Positions 55,049-64,000 of a stretch of 64,000 bases of DNA are shown here, piece after piece. The position numbers and the translations under genes were made by a program. The first letter of the stretch is position 1, and the number at the start of each line of letters is the position of its first letter. The DNA comes from Spiribacter sp. (lineage in GTDB: Bacteria > Pseudomonadota > Gammaproteobacteria > Nitrococcales > Nitrococcaceae). Under the pieces are notes generated by a model. That model did no database searches and was not told the origin of the DNA. It saw only the letters and a program-made list of their open reading frames with translations. Where the stretch lies: assembly GCA_965658695.1 (NCBI GenBank), contig CBFHTR010000002.1, positions 58,843-122,842 of the forward strand, read 5' to 3'.

Positions 55049-55828
55049 TTAGTCCTTGAGCCCGAGCACGTCTTCCATGTCATAACGCCCCGGTGCTTGA
55101 CCTATCAGCCAACGCCCGGCACGCAAGGCACCGCGTGCAAAAGTCTCACGGCTAGACGCTCGATGTGTCAGCTCAACCCGCTCGCCATCGCCGGCAAAAA
55201 GCACCGTGTGCTCACCCACGATGTCGCCACCACGCAGCGTCTGAAAGCCAATGCTGCCCCGGTTGCGAGCACCGATAATGCCCTCGCGGCTGTAGACGGC
55301 CTGATCAGCAAGCGTTATGCCGCGGCCATCGGCAACAGACTCACCCAAGGCAAGTGCCGTCCCCGAGGGCGCATCCTGCTTATTGCGGTGATGCGCCTCG
55401 AGAATTTCGACATCAAAATCTTCATCGAGTGCGGCTGCGGTCATCGCAGCAAGCCGGCGCAATAGCGTCACACCGCTGCTGTAATTCGCCGCATAGACCA
55501 CCGGGATTACGGCAGCGGCCGAATCAATACGGCCAAGCCCTGTAGCATCAAGCCCGGTAGTGCCGATGACAATGGGCGTCGAGGCGGCCTCAGCGGCACC
55601 CAGATTTGCATCCAAAGCCGCTGGAAGGGAGAAATCAATTAACACGTCTGATTGCGCGGCAGCTGCCTGAACATCGCTGGTAACCGGCACATTCATATCA
55701 CCGAGCTTATCCGTGCTACCGCTGCGGACAACCGCGGCCGAGAGCGTCAGATCGCTAGCCTCATTGACCAGATGGATCAGCACTCGGCCCATGCGCCCAT
55801 TTGCACCCAGAATGCCGACCCGCGTCAT
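55049..55828 (-). CDS. dapB: 4-hydroxy-tetrahydrodipicolinate reductase
   Basis: GANGRMG, DFS, GTTG, EAHHRNKQDAPSGTA, RGGDIVGEH. Confidence 0.97.
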   Translation of the reverse strand: MTRVGILGANGRMGRVLIHLVNEASDLTLSAAVVRSGSTDKLGDMNVPVTSDVQAAAAQSDVLIDFSLPAALDANLGAAEAASTPIVIGTTGLDATGLGRIDSAAAVIPVVYAANYSSGVTLLRRLAAMTAAALDEDFDVEILEAHHRNKQDAPSGTALALGESVADGRGITLADQAVYSREGIIGARNRGSIGFQTLRGGDIVGEHTVLFAGDGERVELTHRASSRETFARGALRAGRWLIGQAPGRYDMEDVLGLKD

Positions 55829-55829
55829 A

Positions 55830-56969
55830 TCAGAATTTCATCCCTTCAAAGAAAGACTTCACTGAATCCACCCAAGAGCTGCCTCTTGGTGAGTGGTGCT
55901 CACCACCCTTCTCAAGCGTTTCGGCCAGCTCTTCAAACAACTTTTTCTGCTGCTTGGTGAGATTGACCGGTGTCTCCACTGCCACCCGGCAGAGCAAATC
56001 GCCTGGTGTGCCACCGCGCACCGGTTTCACACCCTTGCCGCGCACACGAAATACCTTACCGGATTGTGTCCCAGCAGGGATACGTAGCGTCACGCGGCCG
56101 TTGAGTGTTGGCACTTCAAGCTCACCGCCAAGCGCCGCGGTTGTGATTCCGAGCGGAATCTCGCAACGCAAATCGGCGCCATCACGCGTGAAAATGGTAT
56201 GTGCCCGTACCGAAATCTCAACATAAAGATCACCAGCCGGGCCGCCCTGTTCGCCAGGCTCGCCTTCGCCACTCAGACGAATGCGGTCACCATTATCAAC
56301 GCCTGGCGGGATCCGCACATTGAGCGTTTTTTGATCGGCTACAGTGCCGCGGCCGCCACAGTCACGACACGGGTCAGAGATGATCTGCCCGGTGCCACTG
56401 CATTGCGGACACGTCTGTTGTATCGAGAAAAAGCCCTGTTGCACCCGGACATCACCATGCCCCTGACAGGTTGGACAGGTTGTCGGTTTGCTGCCCGGTG
56501 CCGCGCCGCTGCCATCACAAGCGGTGCACTTTACCTGGGTAGGAATACGGATCTCACGCTCAACGCCCTGAACCGCCTCCTCCAGAGAGACCTCCATGCG
56601 ATAGCGCAGATCCGCGCCGCGGAATGCCCGAGAGCCGCCACCGCGGCCGCCGCCGAAGATGTCACCAAAGACATCCGAGAAGATATCCGAGAAATCACCA
56701 CCGCCGCGGCCAAAGCCGCCCGCGCCGCCCCCACCCATGCTGGGGTCAACGCCGGCGTGGCCAAACTGATCATAAGCCGAGCGCTTCTGCGCATCGCTTA
56801 AGACCTCATAAGCCTCCTTGGCCTCTTTGAATCGCGTCTCGGCATCGGTATCGCCGGGATTACGATCCGGGTGGTATTTCATCGCAAGGCGTCGATACGC
56901 CTTTTTGATGTCGCTCTCGGAGGCGTTCTGGGAAACCCCCAATATTTCGTAATAATCGCGTTTTGCCAT
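55830..56969 (-). CDS. dnaJ: Chaperone DnaJ
   Basis: J domain with HPD, G/F region, four CxxCxGxG repeats. Confidence 0.98.
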   Translation of the reverse strand: MAKRDYYEILGVSQNASESDIKKAYRRLAMKYHPDRNPGDTDAETRFKEAKEAYEVLSDAQKRSAYDQFGHAGVDPSMGGGGAGGFGRGGGDFSDIFSDVFGDIFGGGRGGGSRAFRGADLRYRMEVSLEEAVQGVEREIRIPTQVKCTACDGSGAAPGSKPTTCPTCQGHGDVRVQQGFFSIQQTCPQCSGTGQIISDPCRDCGGRGTVADQKTLNVRIPPGVDNGDRIRLSGEGEPGEQGGPAGDLYVEISVRAHTIFTRDGADLRCEIPLGITTAALGGELEVPTLNGRVTLRIPAGTQSGKVFRVRGKGVKPVRGGTPGDLLCRVAVETPVNLTKQQKKLFEELAETLEKGGEHHSPRGSSWVDSVKSFFEGMKF

Positions 56970-56978
56970 TCCGAGAGG

Positions 56979-58904
56979 TTACTTCTTCTCGTCGTCTTTG
57001 ACTTCCTCAAATTCCGCATCCACCACATCATCCTGCGCGGATTCACCGCCCGGTGCCGCACCAGCATCGCCGCCAGCGCCCGCTCCAGCATCCTGATAGA
57101 GCTTCTCGGCAAGCTTGCCGGAGGCCTCAGCTAGCGCCTGGGTTTTGGATTCAATGGTGTCTTTATCATTACCCTTCATCGCTTCTTCTACTTCGGCGAT
57201 GGCATCCTCAACAGCCTTTTTCTCCTCATCTGAGGCTTTGTCGCCAACCTCATCGAGGCTCTTGCGCGCGGCATGCACCAGCGTGTCGGCCTGGTTGCGG
57301 GCCTCGACCAGCTCCCGGGCCTTCCGATCCTCATCCGCATGCGCCTCGGCATCCCGAACCATCTGGTCGATCTCATCATCCGAAAGACCACTCGAGGCGC
57401 GGATCTGAATGGACTGCTCCTTGCCGGTGCCTTTGTCCTTGGCCGTGACATGCAAAATGCCGTTGGCATCGATATCAAAGGTCACTTCAACCTGCGGGAC
57501 ACCGCGTGGTGCTGGCGGAATGTCGGAGAGATCAAACTTACCCAACGATTTGTTATCGCCTGCCATCTCACGCTCGCCCTGCAGGACATGCACGGTCACC
57601 GCGCTCTGATTGTCCTCGGCTGTGGAGAAGACCTGATTGGCCTTGGTTGGGATCGTGGTGTTCTTCTCGATGAGCTTGGTCATCACCCCACCCATGGTCT
57701 CGATACCCAACGAAAGTGGTGTGACATCGAGCAGCAGCACGTCTTTCACATCGCCGCCCAAAACGCCGCCCTGGATGGAGGCACCAATTGCAACCGCCTC
57801 ATCCGGGTTGACGTCACGTCGCGGCTCTTTAGCGAAGAACTCCTTCACCGCCTCGGCCACCATCGGCATGCGCGTCTGCCCGCCAACCAGAATCACCTCA
57901 TCAATCTCACCGGCCTTGAGGCTGGCATCCTTCAATGCCACCTGACAGGGCTTGATGGTGCGCTTGACCAGCTCATCCACCAGGCTTTCGAGCTTGGCGC
58001 GAGTGAGCTTCAAGTTCAGATGTTTCGGCCCGGTCTGATCTGCTGTGATGTACGGCAGGTTGACCTCGGTCTGCTGCGAGGAAGAAAGCTCGATTTTGGC
58101 CTTCTCCGCGGCCTCTTTCAGCCGCTGCAGCGCCAGCCGGTCGCCGGCCAAATCAATGCCCTGATCCTTTTTAAACTCAGCAATCAAATAATCGATGATG
58201 GCGCGGTCAAAATCCTCGCCGCCCAAGAAGGTGTCACCGTTGGTGGAGAGCACCTCAAACTGATGCTCACCCTCAACCTCAGCGATTTCGATAATGGAGA
58301 CATCAAACGTACCGCCGCCCAGGTCATAGACGGCCACCTTGCGATCGCCGCCCTTTTTATCCAGACCGTAGGCCAACGCCGCAGCCGTTGGCTCATTGAT
58401 GATGCGCTTGACCTCAAGGCCCGCGATACGGCCGGCGTCTTTGGTTGCCTGGCGCTGAGAATCGTTAAAGTAGGCCGGGACAGTGATCACTGCCTCGGTG
58501 ACTTCCTCACCCAGATAATCCTCGGCCGTCTTTTTCATCTTCTGCAGCACACGCGCTGAGATTTCCGGCGCCGCCATTTTCTTATCACGCACCTGCACCC
58601 AGGCATCGCCGTTGTCGGCTTTCACGATGCTATAGGGCATTTCCTTCACGTCGCGCTGGACGACGTCTTCTTCAAACTTACGTCCAATCAGCCGCTTGAT
58701 GGCGTGCAACGTGTTCTCGGGGTTGGTGACCGCCTGACGCTTGGCGGCCGCGCCCACCAAGACCTCACCGTCTTCGGTAAACGCGACAGTGGATGGTGTG
58801 GTGCGATCGCCTTCGGCATTCTCGATCACTCGTGACGACCCCCCTTCCATGACCGCGACGCAGGAGTTGGTCGTACCCAGGTCTATTCCGATGATCTTGC
58901 CCAT
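56979..58904 (-). CDS. dnaK: Chaperone DnaK
   Basis: [44 protein letters not shown]. Confidence 0.98.
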   Translation of the reverse strand: MGKIIGIDLGTTNSCVAVMEGGSSRVIENAEGDRTTPSTVAFTEDGEVLVGAAAKRQAVTNPENTLHAIKRLIGRKFEEDVVQRDVKEMPYSIVKADNGDAWVQVRDKKMAAPEISARVLQKMKKTAEDYLGEEVTEAVITVPAYFNDSQRQATKDAGRIAGLEVKRIINEPTAAALAYGLDKKGGDRKVAVYDLGGGTFDVSIIEIAEVEGEHQFEVLSTNGDTFLGGEDFDRAIIDYLIAEFKKDQGIDLAGDRLALQRLKEAAEKAKIELSSSQQTEVNLPYITADQTGPKHLNLKLTRAKLESLVDELVKRTIKPCQVALKDASLKAGEIDEVILVGGQTRMPMVAEAVKEFFAKEPRRDVNPDEAVAIGASIQGGVLGGDVKDVLLLDVTPLSLGIETMGGVMTKLIEKNTTIPTKANQVFSTAEDNQSAVTVHVLQGEREMAGDNKSLGKFDLSDIPPAPRGVPQVEVTFDIDANGILHVTAKDKGTGKEQSIQIRASSGLSDDEIDQMVRDAEAHADEDRKARELVEARNQADTLVHAARKSLDEVGDKASDEEKKAVEDAIAEVEEAMKGNDKDTIESKTQALAEASGKLAEKLYQDAGAGAGGDAGAAPGGESAQDDVVDAEFEEVKDDEKK

Positions 58905-58947
58905 TCCAGAAAGCTCCTCAAATCTTTGCAATCAGTGTATTCAATGA

Positions 58948-58975
58948 AATTTAGGCGCCAGTGCGTTTTTTCAAG
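58948..58975 (-). promoter_or_regulatory. Possible sigma32 promoter of dnaK
   Basis: CTTGAA-N14-CCTAAATT on the minus strand; strong -35, weak -10. Confidence 0.5.
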
Positions 58976-59600
58976 CCCCAGCGTCAGAAGGCGCCTTGGC
59001 GACAATCACCATGGCGGGGCGCAGCAGCCGCTCGCCAATGCGATAGCCCTTCTGCACCACGGTTAATACGGTATTAGGATCGACATCACCGGCTTCCTGC
59101 GCGGCCATGGCCTCATGCGCTGCCGGGTCAAAACGCTCTCCCTCCGGGTTGAGCTCCTCGATGCTGAATTTCTCAAGCGCCTGGTTGAACATGCGCAGTG
59201 TCAGCTCCGATCCCTCGGCAAGTTTAGCGACATCCGCGCCATCCTCATTGGCAGCCTTAAGCCCCATCTCAAGGCTGTCTTTGACCGAGAGCAACTCACC
59301 GGCAAGCTTCTCCAGCGAAGCCTGACGGGCGGCTGCCACGTCTTTCTCGGCACGACGGCGCAGGTTTTCCATCTCGGCACGAGCACGCAGGAACTGATTC
59401 CAGTTCTCCTCGGCTCTGGTCTCAGCTGCGGCTAGCGCGGCGGAGAGATCAAGCTCCGCGTCGCCTTCCTGCGGATCACCCTCCATGCCAGCGGCCGCTG
59501 CGGCATCCGTTTGCTCGTCATTGTTCTTGGCGGCGTTCAACGCATCGGTATCAACGATGCCCTCATCCGACTCGCCATCACGCTTGTGCTCTTCACTCAT
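58971..59600 (-). CDS. grpE: Nucleotide exchange factor GrpE
   Basis: RARAEMENLRRR, FDP..HEA, QKGY.I..RLLRPAMV.V. Confidence 0.97.
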   Translation of the reverse strand: MSEEHKRDGESDEGIVDTDALNAAKNNDEQTDAAAAAGMEGDPQEGDAELDLSAALAAAETRAEENWNQFLRARAEMENLRRRAEKDVAAARQASLEKLAGELLSVKDSLEMGLKAANEDGADVAKLAEGSELTLRMFNQALEKFSIEELNPEGERFDPAAHEAMAAQEAGDVDPNTVLTVVQKGYRIGERLLRPAMVIVAKAPSDAGA

Positions 59601-59636
59601 GCACTACTCCGTCGGTAAAGCTTAAGCCTTACGCTG

Positions 59637-59664
59637 AAATGGGGATTAATGTCCGGGTTTCAAG
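59637..59664 (-). promoter_or_regulatory. Sigma32 promoter of grpE
   Basis: CTTGAAA-N13-CCCCATTT on the minus strand, near-consensus RpoH site overlapping the end of hrcA. Confidence 0.85.
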
Positions 59665-60701
59665 GCATGCCCGAGCAATCGGGCGGTCACATCCACAATT
59701 GGGATGACACGATCATAGGCCATGCGGGTGGGGCCGATGACGCCTAAAACGCCAAGCACCTGATCATCACTCTGATAAGTGGAGGTCACCAGCGAGACGC
59801 CATCAAAGGCGCGATAACCCGATTCTTGGCCGATAAAGATTTGTACGCCATCAGCTGAGAGGCAGCGGTCGAGCAGATGCAGAATGTCACGCTTGCGGCC
59901 AAAGGCATCAAATAGCTCTTTGAGCTTCTCAACGCTCGAGAGCTCGGCAAAGGTCATTAGATTGGTCTCGCCGGCCATCACGTAGCCTTCATCATCGGAC
60001 TGGCTCTCGCCGAACAGTTCCTTGGCCACGGCAATAGCCGAGGTCATGAGGCTGTTCATATGCTGCTGGTCGGCCTGCATGGCCTCGAGCAACGAACCAC
60101 GCACTTCCACCACGCTCTTACCAGTGAACTCCGCCGAGAGATAATTCGAAACCCGCTGCAGCTCGGCCGGGTCATAAGGCCGGTCTGTTTCAATCACGCG
60201 GTTCTGCACCTCGTGATCGTTCAACACCAGGATCGCCAGGATGCGGCGCTCGGTTAGTGGTAGGAATTCAATATGCCGGATGGCACCAAAATCGCGTTTA
60301 GGCAGGGTGACCACACCGGCCAGATGCGTGAGACCCGAGAGCAGGTTGGATGCAGAATCCACCAAAGATTCCGTGTCGTTGCCACCATCGAGCCGCAGGC
60401 GCAAGCCATCGGCATCTAAGCCCTGCTCTTGGCGGACTTTAAGCAGGCTGTCGACAAAAAATCGGTAGCCGCGGTCGGTGGGAATACGGCCTGCGGAGGT
60501 GTGCGGCGACTGGATATAGCCGGCCTCTTCCAAATCAGCCATGACGTTGCGAATGGAAGCAGCGCTGAGATCAAGCCCTGAATCGCGCGTCAGTGCCCGC
60601 GACCCTACCGGCTGGCCATCGCGAATATAGCGATGCACCAACACCTTAAGCAGGTGCTGTGCGCGCTCGTTAATCGCCTCACCAGCCGGTGGCTGCGTCA
60701 T
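59646..60701 (-). CDS. hrcA: Heat-inducible transcription repressor HrcA
   Basis: YI.DGQPVGS, SAASIRNVMADLE, PHTSAGRIPT..GYR.FVD, GVIGPTRM.Y. Confidence 0.97.
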   Translation of the reverse strand: MTQPPAGEAINERAQHLLKVLVHRYIRDGQPVGSRALTRDSGLDLSAASIRNVMADLEEAGYIQSPHTSAGRIPTDRGYRFFVDSLLKVRQEQGLDADGLRLRLDGGNDTESLVDSASNLLSGLTHLAGVVTLPKRDFGAIRHIEFLPLTERRILAILVLNDHEVQNRVIETDRPYDPAELQRVSNYLSAEFTGKSVVEVRGSLLEAMQADQQHMNSLMTSAIAVAKELFGESQSDDEGYVMAGETNLMTFAELSSVEKLKELFDAFGRKRDILHLLDRCLSADGVQIFIGQESGYRAFDGVSLVTSTYQSDDQVLGVLGVIGPTRMAYDRVIPIVDVTARLLGHALKPGH

Positions 60702-60726
60702 CAGTCGGGTCTCCTGGAAAACTGCG

Positions 60727-60753
60727 TTGGCACTCTACACGATAGAGTGCCAA
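60727..60753. promoter_or_regulatory. CIRCE operator (variant)
   Basis: TTGGCACTC-N9-GAGTGCCAA versus consensus TTAGCACTC-N9-GAGTGCTAA; 25 nt upstream of the hrcA start. Confidence 0.9.
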
Positions 60754-60756
60754 ATG

Positions 60757-60785
60757 ACGCTACCAATGGCCCTTAAAGCTGTCAA
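60757..60785 (-). promoter_or_regulatory. Sigma70 promoter of hrcA
   Basis: TTGACA-N17-TAGCGT with TG at the extended -10 position; predicted start site lies within CIRCE. Confidence 0.75.
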
Positions 60786-60833
60786 TTTGCGGGTACCATG
60801 CTAACGTGTGGCTACTCTGTGTGTGAGGAGCGC

Positions 60834-61730
60834 ATGCAAGCATTTCAACGCATTGCCATTAGCGGCAAACCCAACGATCGCGCAGTGGGCGAGACCATCG
60901 GCAAACTCATTGCCATGCTCACCGTACGCGGTCACAGCGTATTGCTGGACACGGCCCTCGGCGAGGCAGCAGTTAACGAAGCGCGCGCGCATGGGCCACT
61001 CACAGCCGGCGCCTTGGAGTCGCTAGCAAAGCAGATCGATCTGCTGATCGCCGTTGGCGGCGATGGCACGCTGATGCACAGTGGCAAGATCGTCGCGCCC
61101 TATGACGTCCCCGTACTGGGTATTAACCGCGGTCGGCTTGGTTTTTTGGTGGATGTCTCCCCCGATCGATTTGATGAAATCGAGACCGTAATGAACGGCG
61201 AGATGACCATCGAAGAGCGCCTAATGCTGGAGCTGCGTGTGCTAGATGGGGAAAACCCAGTGGCACGGTCACTCGCACTTAACGAGGTCGTGCTGCAGAA
61301 GTGGAACACCTCGCGGATGATCGAGTTTGAGACCTGGATTGATGGTGAGCCCTGCAATCGCCATCGCTCCGATGGCCTGATCATTAGCACACCCACTGGA
61401 TCAACCGCCTACGCCCTCTCCGGCGGTGGGCCCATTATGCACCCAGGCATCAATGCGCTAGCGCTTGTGCCCATTTGCCCGCATACGCTGAGCAATCGGC
61501 CGCTGGTGATCAGCGCTGAGAGCCGAATTGAGGTGAAAGTGCATCCCGATTCACTGGAGTACGTGCAGGTCAGCTGCGACAGCCAGACCGATCTGGCCCT
61601 CGGCGCCGACGGGCGCATTGAAATTACGGCCGCACCACAGCGTTTGAGACTTGTGCACCCTCCCGGGCATCGCTACTTCGATATTCTGCGCGCCAAACTG
61701 CATTGGGGAGACGGAGCACCACCATGCTAA
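60834..61730 (+). CDS. nadK: NAD kinase
   Basis: GGDGT, GINRGRLGFL, LNE, DGLIISTPTGSTAYALSGGGP, KLHWG; GAGGAG RBS. Confidence 0.97.
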   Translation: MQAFQRIAISGKPNDRAVGETIGKLIAMLTVRGHSVLLDTALGEAAVNEARAHGPLTAGALESLAKQIDLLIAVGGDGTLMHSGKIVAPYDVPVLGINRGRLGFLVDVSPDRFDEIETVMNGEMTIEERLMLELRVLDGENPVARSLALNEVVLQKWNTSRMIEFETWIDGEPCNRHRSDGLIISTPTGSTAYALSGGGPIMHPGINALALVPICPHTLSNRPLVISAESRIEVKVHPDSLEYVQVSCDSQTDLALGADGRIEITAAPQRLRLVHPPGHRYFDILRAKLHWGDGAPPC

Positions 61731-63397
61731 GGCGCATTCAAGTCAGAGACTTTGCCATTATTGATGAGCTGGAGATTGCCCTGGAACCGGGGTTGACGGT
61801 TTTAACCGGTGAGACCGGGGCGGGAAAGTCCATCCTGCTCGACGCGCTTGGGCTTTGCCTGGGCGACAGGGCTGATACCTCCATGGTGCCGGCGAACGCT
61901 GAGCGCAGTGATATTCATGTGGAATTCGATGTGGCAGACACCCCCCGCGCAGCCGCCTGGCTGGCGCGGGAAGGCCTAGAAGAAGATGAAATCTGCCTGC
62001 TGCGCCGAGTCATCCAAAGTAACGGCCGTTCTCAGGCCTGGATTAATGGCCGGCCTGCCACGCGTGGGCAATTAGAAGCCCTGGGCGGTCTACTGGTTGG
62101 CATCCATGGTCAACATGCCCACCAGGCCCTGATGCGCCCTGATACACAACGCCGGACGCTGGATCATTTTGCGGGTAATGACCAAGCACGTGATGCGGTG
62201 GCGTCAATATTTGCCAAACTGCAAGCCGTTGATACACAAATCACCGAGTTAGCCGGTGGCAGCGAGGATCACACCGATCGTATGGCGCTGCTGCGCTATC
62301 AGCTCGAAGAACTCGAGGCCGAGGCACTCGAGCCCGAAGCGTTTGCTGAGCTAGAGCGTGAGCAAAAGCGCCTTGCCAGCGCCGGTGAAATCCTCGCCGC
62401 CTGCCAGCAGTCGCTGGATGCGCTTTATGACGCCGAGACCAGTGCCCAGTCGCTGATGGCATCGGCATCCCGCGCCCTTGCCCCACATCTTGATACCGAC
62501 CCGCAATTAACCGAGGCCGAGGCGTTGATCAGCACCGGGCAAGTGCAAATTGAAGAGGCCTGCCAGACACTGCGGCACTTTGCCGATGGCCTGGAGATGG
62601 ATCCTGAGCGGCTCGATCAGGTGGAGAAAAAGCTGACGAAATTATTTGATCTGGCACGGAAACATCAGGTGGAGCCTGAGGCCTTATCCGAGCACACAGC
62701 AAAGCTGCGCGCAGAGCTTGAGCGCCTGGAATCTGCCGATACCCGGCTAGTCGAGCTGCAGGCCGAGCGGGAGCAGCTGCGCACCGATTACGCGACGGCC
62801 GCCCAGACACTTTCAAAATCACGCCAACAAGCCGCTGAGACACTCAATGCACGTGTGAATGAACTACTGGGCACACTCGGGCTAAAAGGCGCGGCACTGG
62901 AGATTGGCGTAGACCATCAAGCGGATAGCGAGCCGACCCGCCATGGGCTGGACCGGGTGCAATTTGATGTGCGCACCAATCCAGATCAACCGGCCGGGCC
63001 ATTAAACCGCGTTGCCTCCGGCGGTGAACTATCCCGCATTGGGCTAGCTCTTGAAGTAGCCACGGCGGATGTCGCCGAACTCCCCTGCTTGATCTTTGAT
63101 GAGGCCGATGCTGGCATTGGTGGCGCAGTGGCAGAGGTTGTTGGAAGGCAGCTACGCGCGCTGGCTGAGCATCATCAAGTGCTTTGCATCACCCACCTGC
63201 CGCAAGTCGCCTCACAGGGAATACATCAGCTGCAGGTCGAAAAACAGCAGCGCGACGATGGCCGGACAGTCACCCAAACACGCTTGCTGGCTGCCGATGA
63301 GCGCACCCAAGAAATCGCGCGAATGCTAGGCGGTGTTGAGATTACCGATAAAACGTTGCAACACGCCCGCGAGATGCTGGATCAGGCAAGGGCCTAA
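61724..63397 (+). CDS. recN: DNA repair protein RecN
   Basis: TGETGAGKS, IHGQH, ASGGELSR, IFDEAD.G, CITHLPQVA, EIARML. Confidence 0.97.
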   Translation: MLRRIQVRDFAIIDELEIALEPGLTVLTGETGAGKSILLDALGLCLGDRADTSMVPANAERSDIHVEFDVADTPRAAAWLAREGLEEDEICLLRRVIQSNGRSQAWINGRPATRGQLEALGGLLVGIHGQHAHQALMRPDTQRRTLDHFAGNDQARDAVASIFAKLQAVDTQITELAGGSEDHTDRMALLRYQLEELEAEALEPEAFAELEREQKRLASAGEILAACQQSLDALYDAETSAQSLMASASRALAPHLDTDPQLTEAEALISTGQVQIEEACQTLRHFADGLEMDPERLDQVEKKLTKLFDLARKHQVEPEALSEHTAKLRAELERLESADTRLVELQAEREQLRTDYATAAQTLSKSRQQAAETLNARVNELLGTLGLKGAALEIGVDHQADSEPTRHGLDRVQFDVRTNPDQPAGPLNRVASGGELSRIGLALEVATADVAELPCLIFDEADAGIGGAVAEVVGRQLRALAEHHQVLCITHLPQVASQGIHQLQVEKQQRDDGRTVTQTRLLAADERTQEIARMLGGVEITDKTLQHAREMLDQARA

Positions 63398-63879
63398 ATG
63401 ACTTGTTTGTTCATGCGTGGGGTTTGCGCGCATTCCGGGCAACGTCCATAAAGTATCAACGAGTGGCTGAGCAGCTTGTAACCGCTCACTGCAGCCACAT
63501 CGGCCTGACGCCGCTCAATCATGCGATCCTTAAACTCCTCCACTCGGCCACAATCCACGCAGACCAGATGGTCATGCTTGATACCGGAGTTGAGCTCAAA
63601 AACCGCACGATCGCTATCAAAGTTGTGCCGGATGACGATACCCACTTCGGCAAACTGCGTGAGCACGCGATAAACCGTAGCAAGGCCAATATCATCGCCA
63701 TCCTCGTGCAGACGTTGATAGACCTCTTCGGCAGAGAGATGCGCCCGCTCGCGTCCTGCCAGAATGCGCAGGATCTTCAGGCGCGGCAGCGTCACCTTAA
63801 GCCCGGCACGACGCAGCTCATCCGATTCCTGACTGATCTCCCAGGGGATGTGCGCATTGCGCTTGGGCTGGGTTACCAT
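63394..63879 (-). CDS. fur: Ferric uptake regulator (variant metal site)
   Basis: AGLKVTLPRLKIL, HLSAEEVY, IGLATVYRVLTQF, HDHLVC..CG, C-terminal CxxC; recN-fur-bamE synteny. Confidence 0.92.
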   Translation of the reverse strand: MVTQPKRNAHIPWEISQESDELRRAGLKVTLPRLKILRILAGRERAHLSAEEVYQRLHEDGDDIGLATVYRVLTQFAEVGIVIRHNFDSDRAVFELNSGIKHDHLVCVDCGRVEEFKDRMIERRQADVAAVSGYKLLSHSLILYGRCPECAQTPRMNKQVI

Positions 63880-63915
63880 TGGCGCTCCATTTGATGCTTG
63901 GACGGCTTGTTTAGA

Positions 63916-64000
63916 ATGATTTCAGTATACACCGGCAAACGTCTCATCGCAGTGACACTTAGCGTGATGCTCATCACAGGCTGTGCCAGTACCGTAGACA
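63916..64000 (+). CDS. bamE: Lipoprotein N-terminus, probably BamE/SmpA (truncated by the window)
   Basis: MISVYTGKRLIAVTLSVMLITGCASTVD with ITGC lipobox; divergent from fur, as bamE usually is. Identity rests on synteny only. Confidence 0.6.
   Translation, partial: MISVYTGKRLIAVTLSVMLITGCASTVD

Noticed and set aside
57273-58559. 428-aa ORF antisense to dnaK
   Set aside because: Familiar codon-bias shadow of dnaK; no recognisable motifs.
63905-63932. Fur box upstream of fur (TAGAATGATTTCAGTATAC)
   Set aside because: Only about 9 of 19 matches to the consensus in the best alignment I found.

Overview
A densely packed core-chromosome segment from a gammaproteobacterium. Gene order, HrcA/CIRCE and acidic, lysine-poor envelope proteins suggest a streamlined halophilic or haloalkaliphilic member of the Ectothiorhodospiraceae (Spiribacter-like); this taxonomy is inference only. 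GC is in the high 50s % by eye (not computed). In order, the window holds an L,D-transpeptidase (partial), tRNA-Ser(TGA), pyrD, an orphan parA-DUF6231 pair, prc, alaC-hom-thrC-rpfE-like-recJ, surE-pcm-yqaA-nlpD, dnaE-accA-tilS-pyrG-kdsA-eno-ftsB-ispDF-truD, the rpsB-tsf-pyrH-frr-uppS-cdsA-dxr-rseP-bamA-skp-lpxD-fabZ-lpxA-lpxB-rnhB super-operon, map-glnD-dapC-dapD-dapE, hrcA-grpE-dnaK-dnaJ-dapB-renalase, nadK-recN, fur and the start of bamE. I saw no mobile element, prophage or CRISPR array. The most notable feature is an inverted three-gene cassette (second lpxA, gnnA, gnnB) between rnhB and dnaE. The cell therefore carries two LpxA paralogs with different predicted sugar and acyl-chain specificity residues, which suggests a two-branch pathway for a hybrid GlcN/GlcN3N lipid A. 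Other oddities are a histone-H1-like tail on ribosomal protein S2, an inverted partial copy of the tRNA 3' half plus a structured trailer, near-absence of lysine in exported proteins, a Cys-rich insert in ThrC, short in-frame AT-rich patches, and a Fur lacking one canonical metal ligand.
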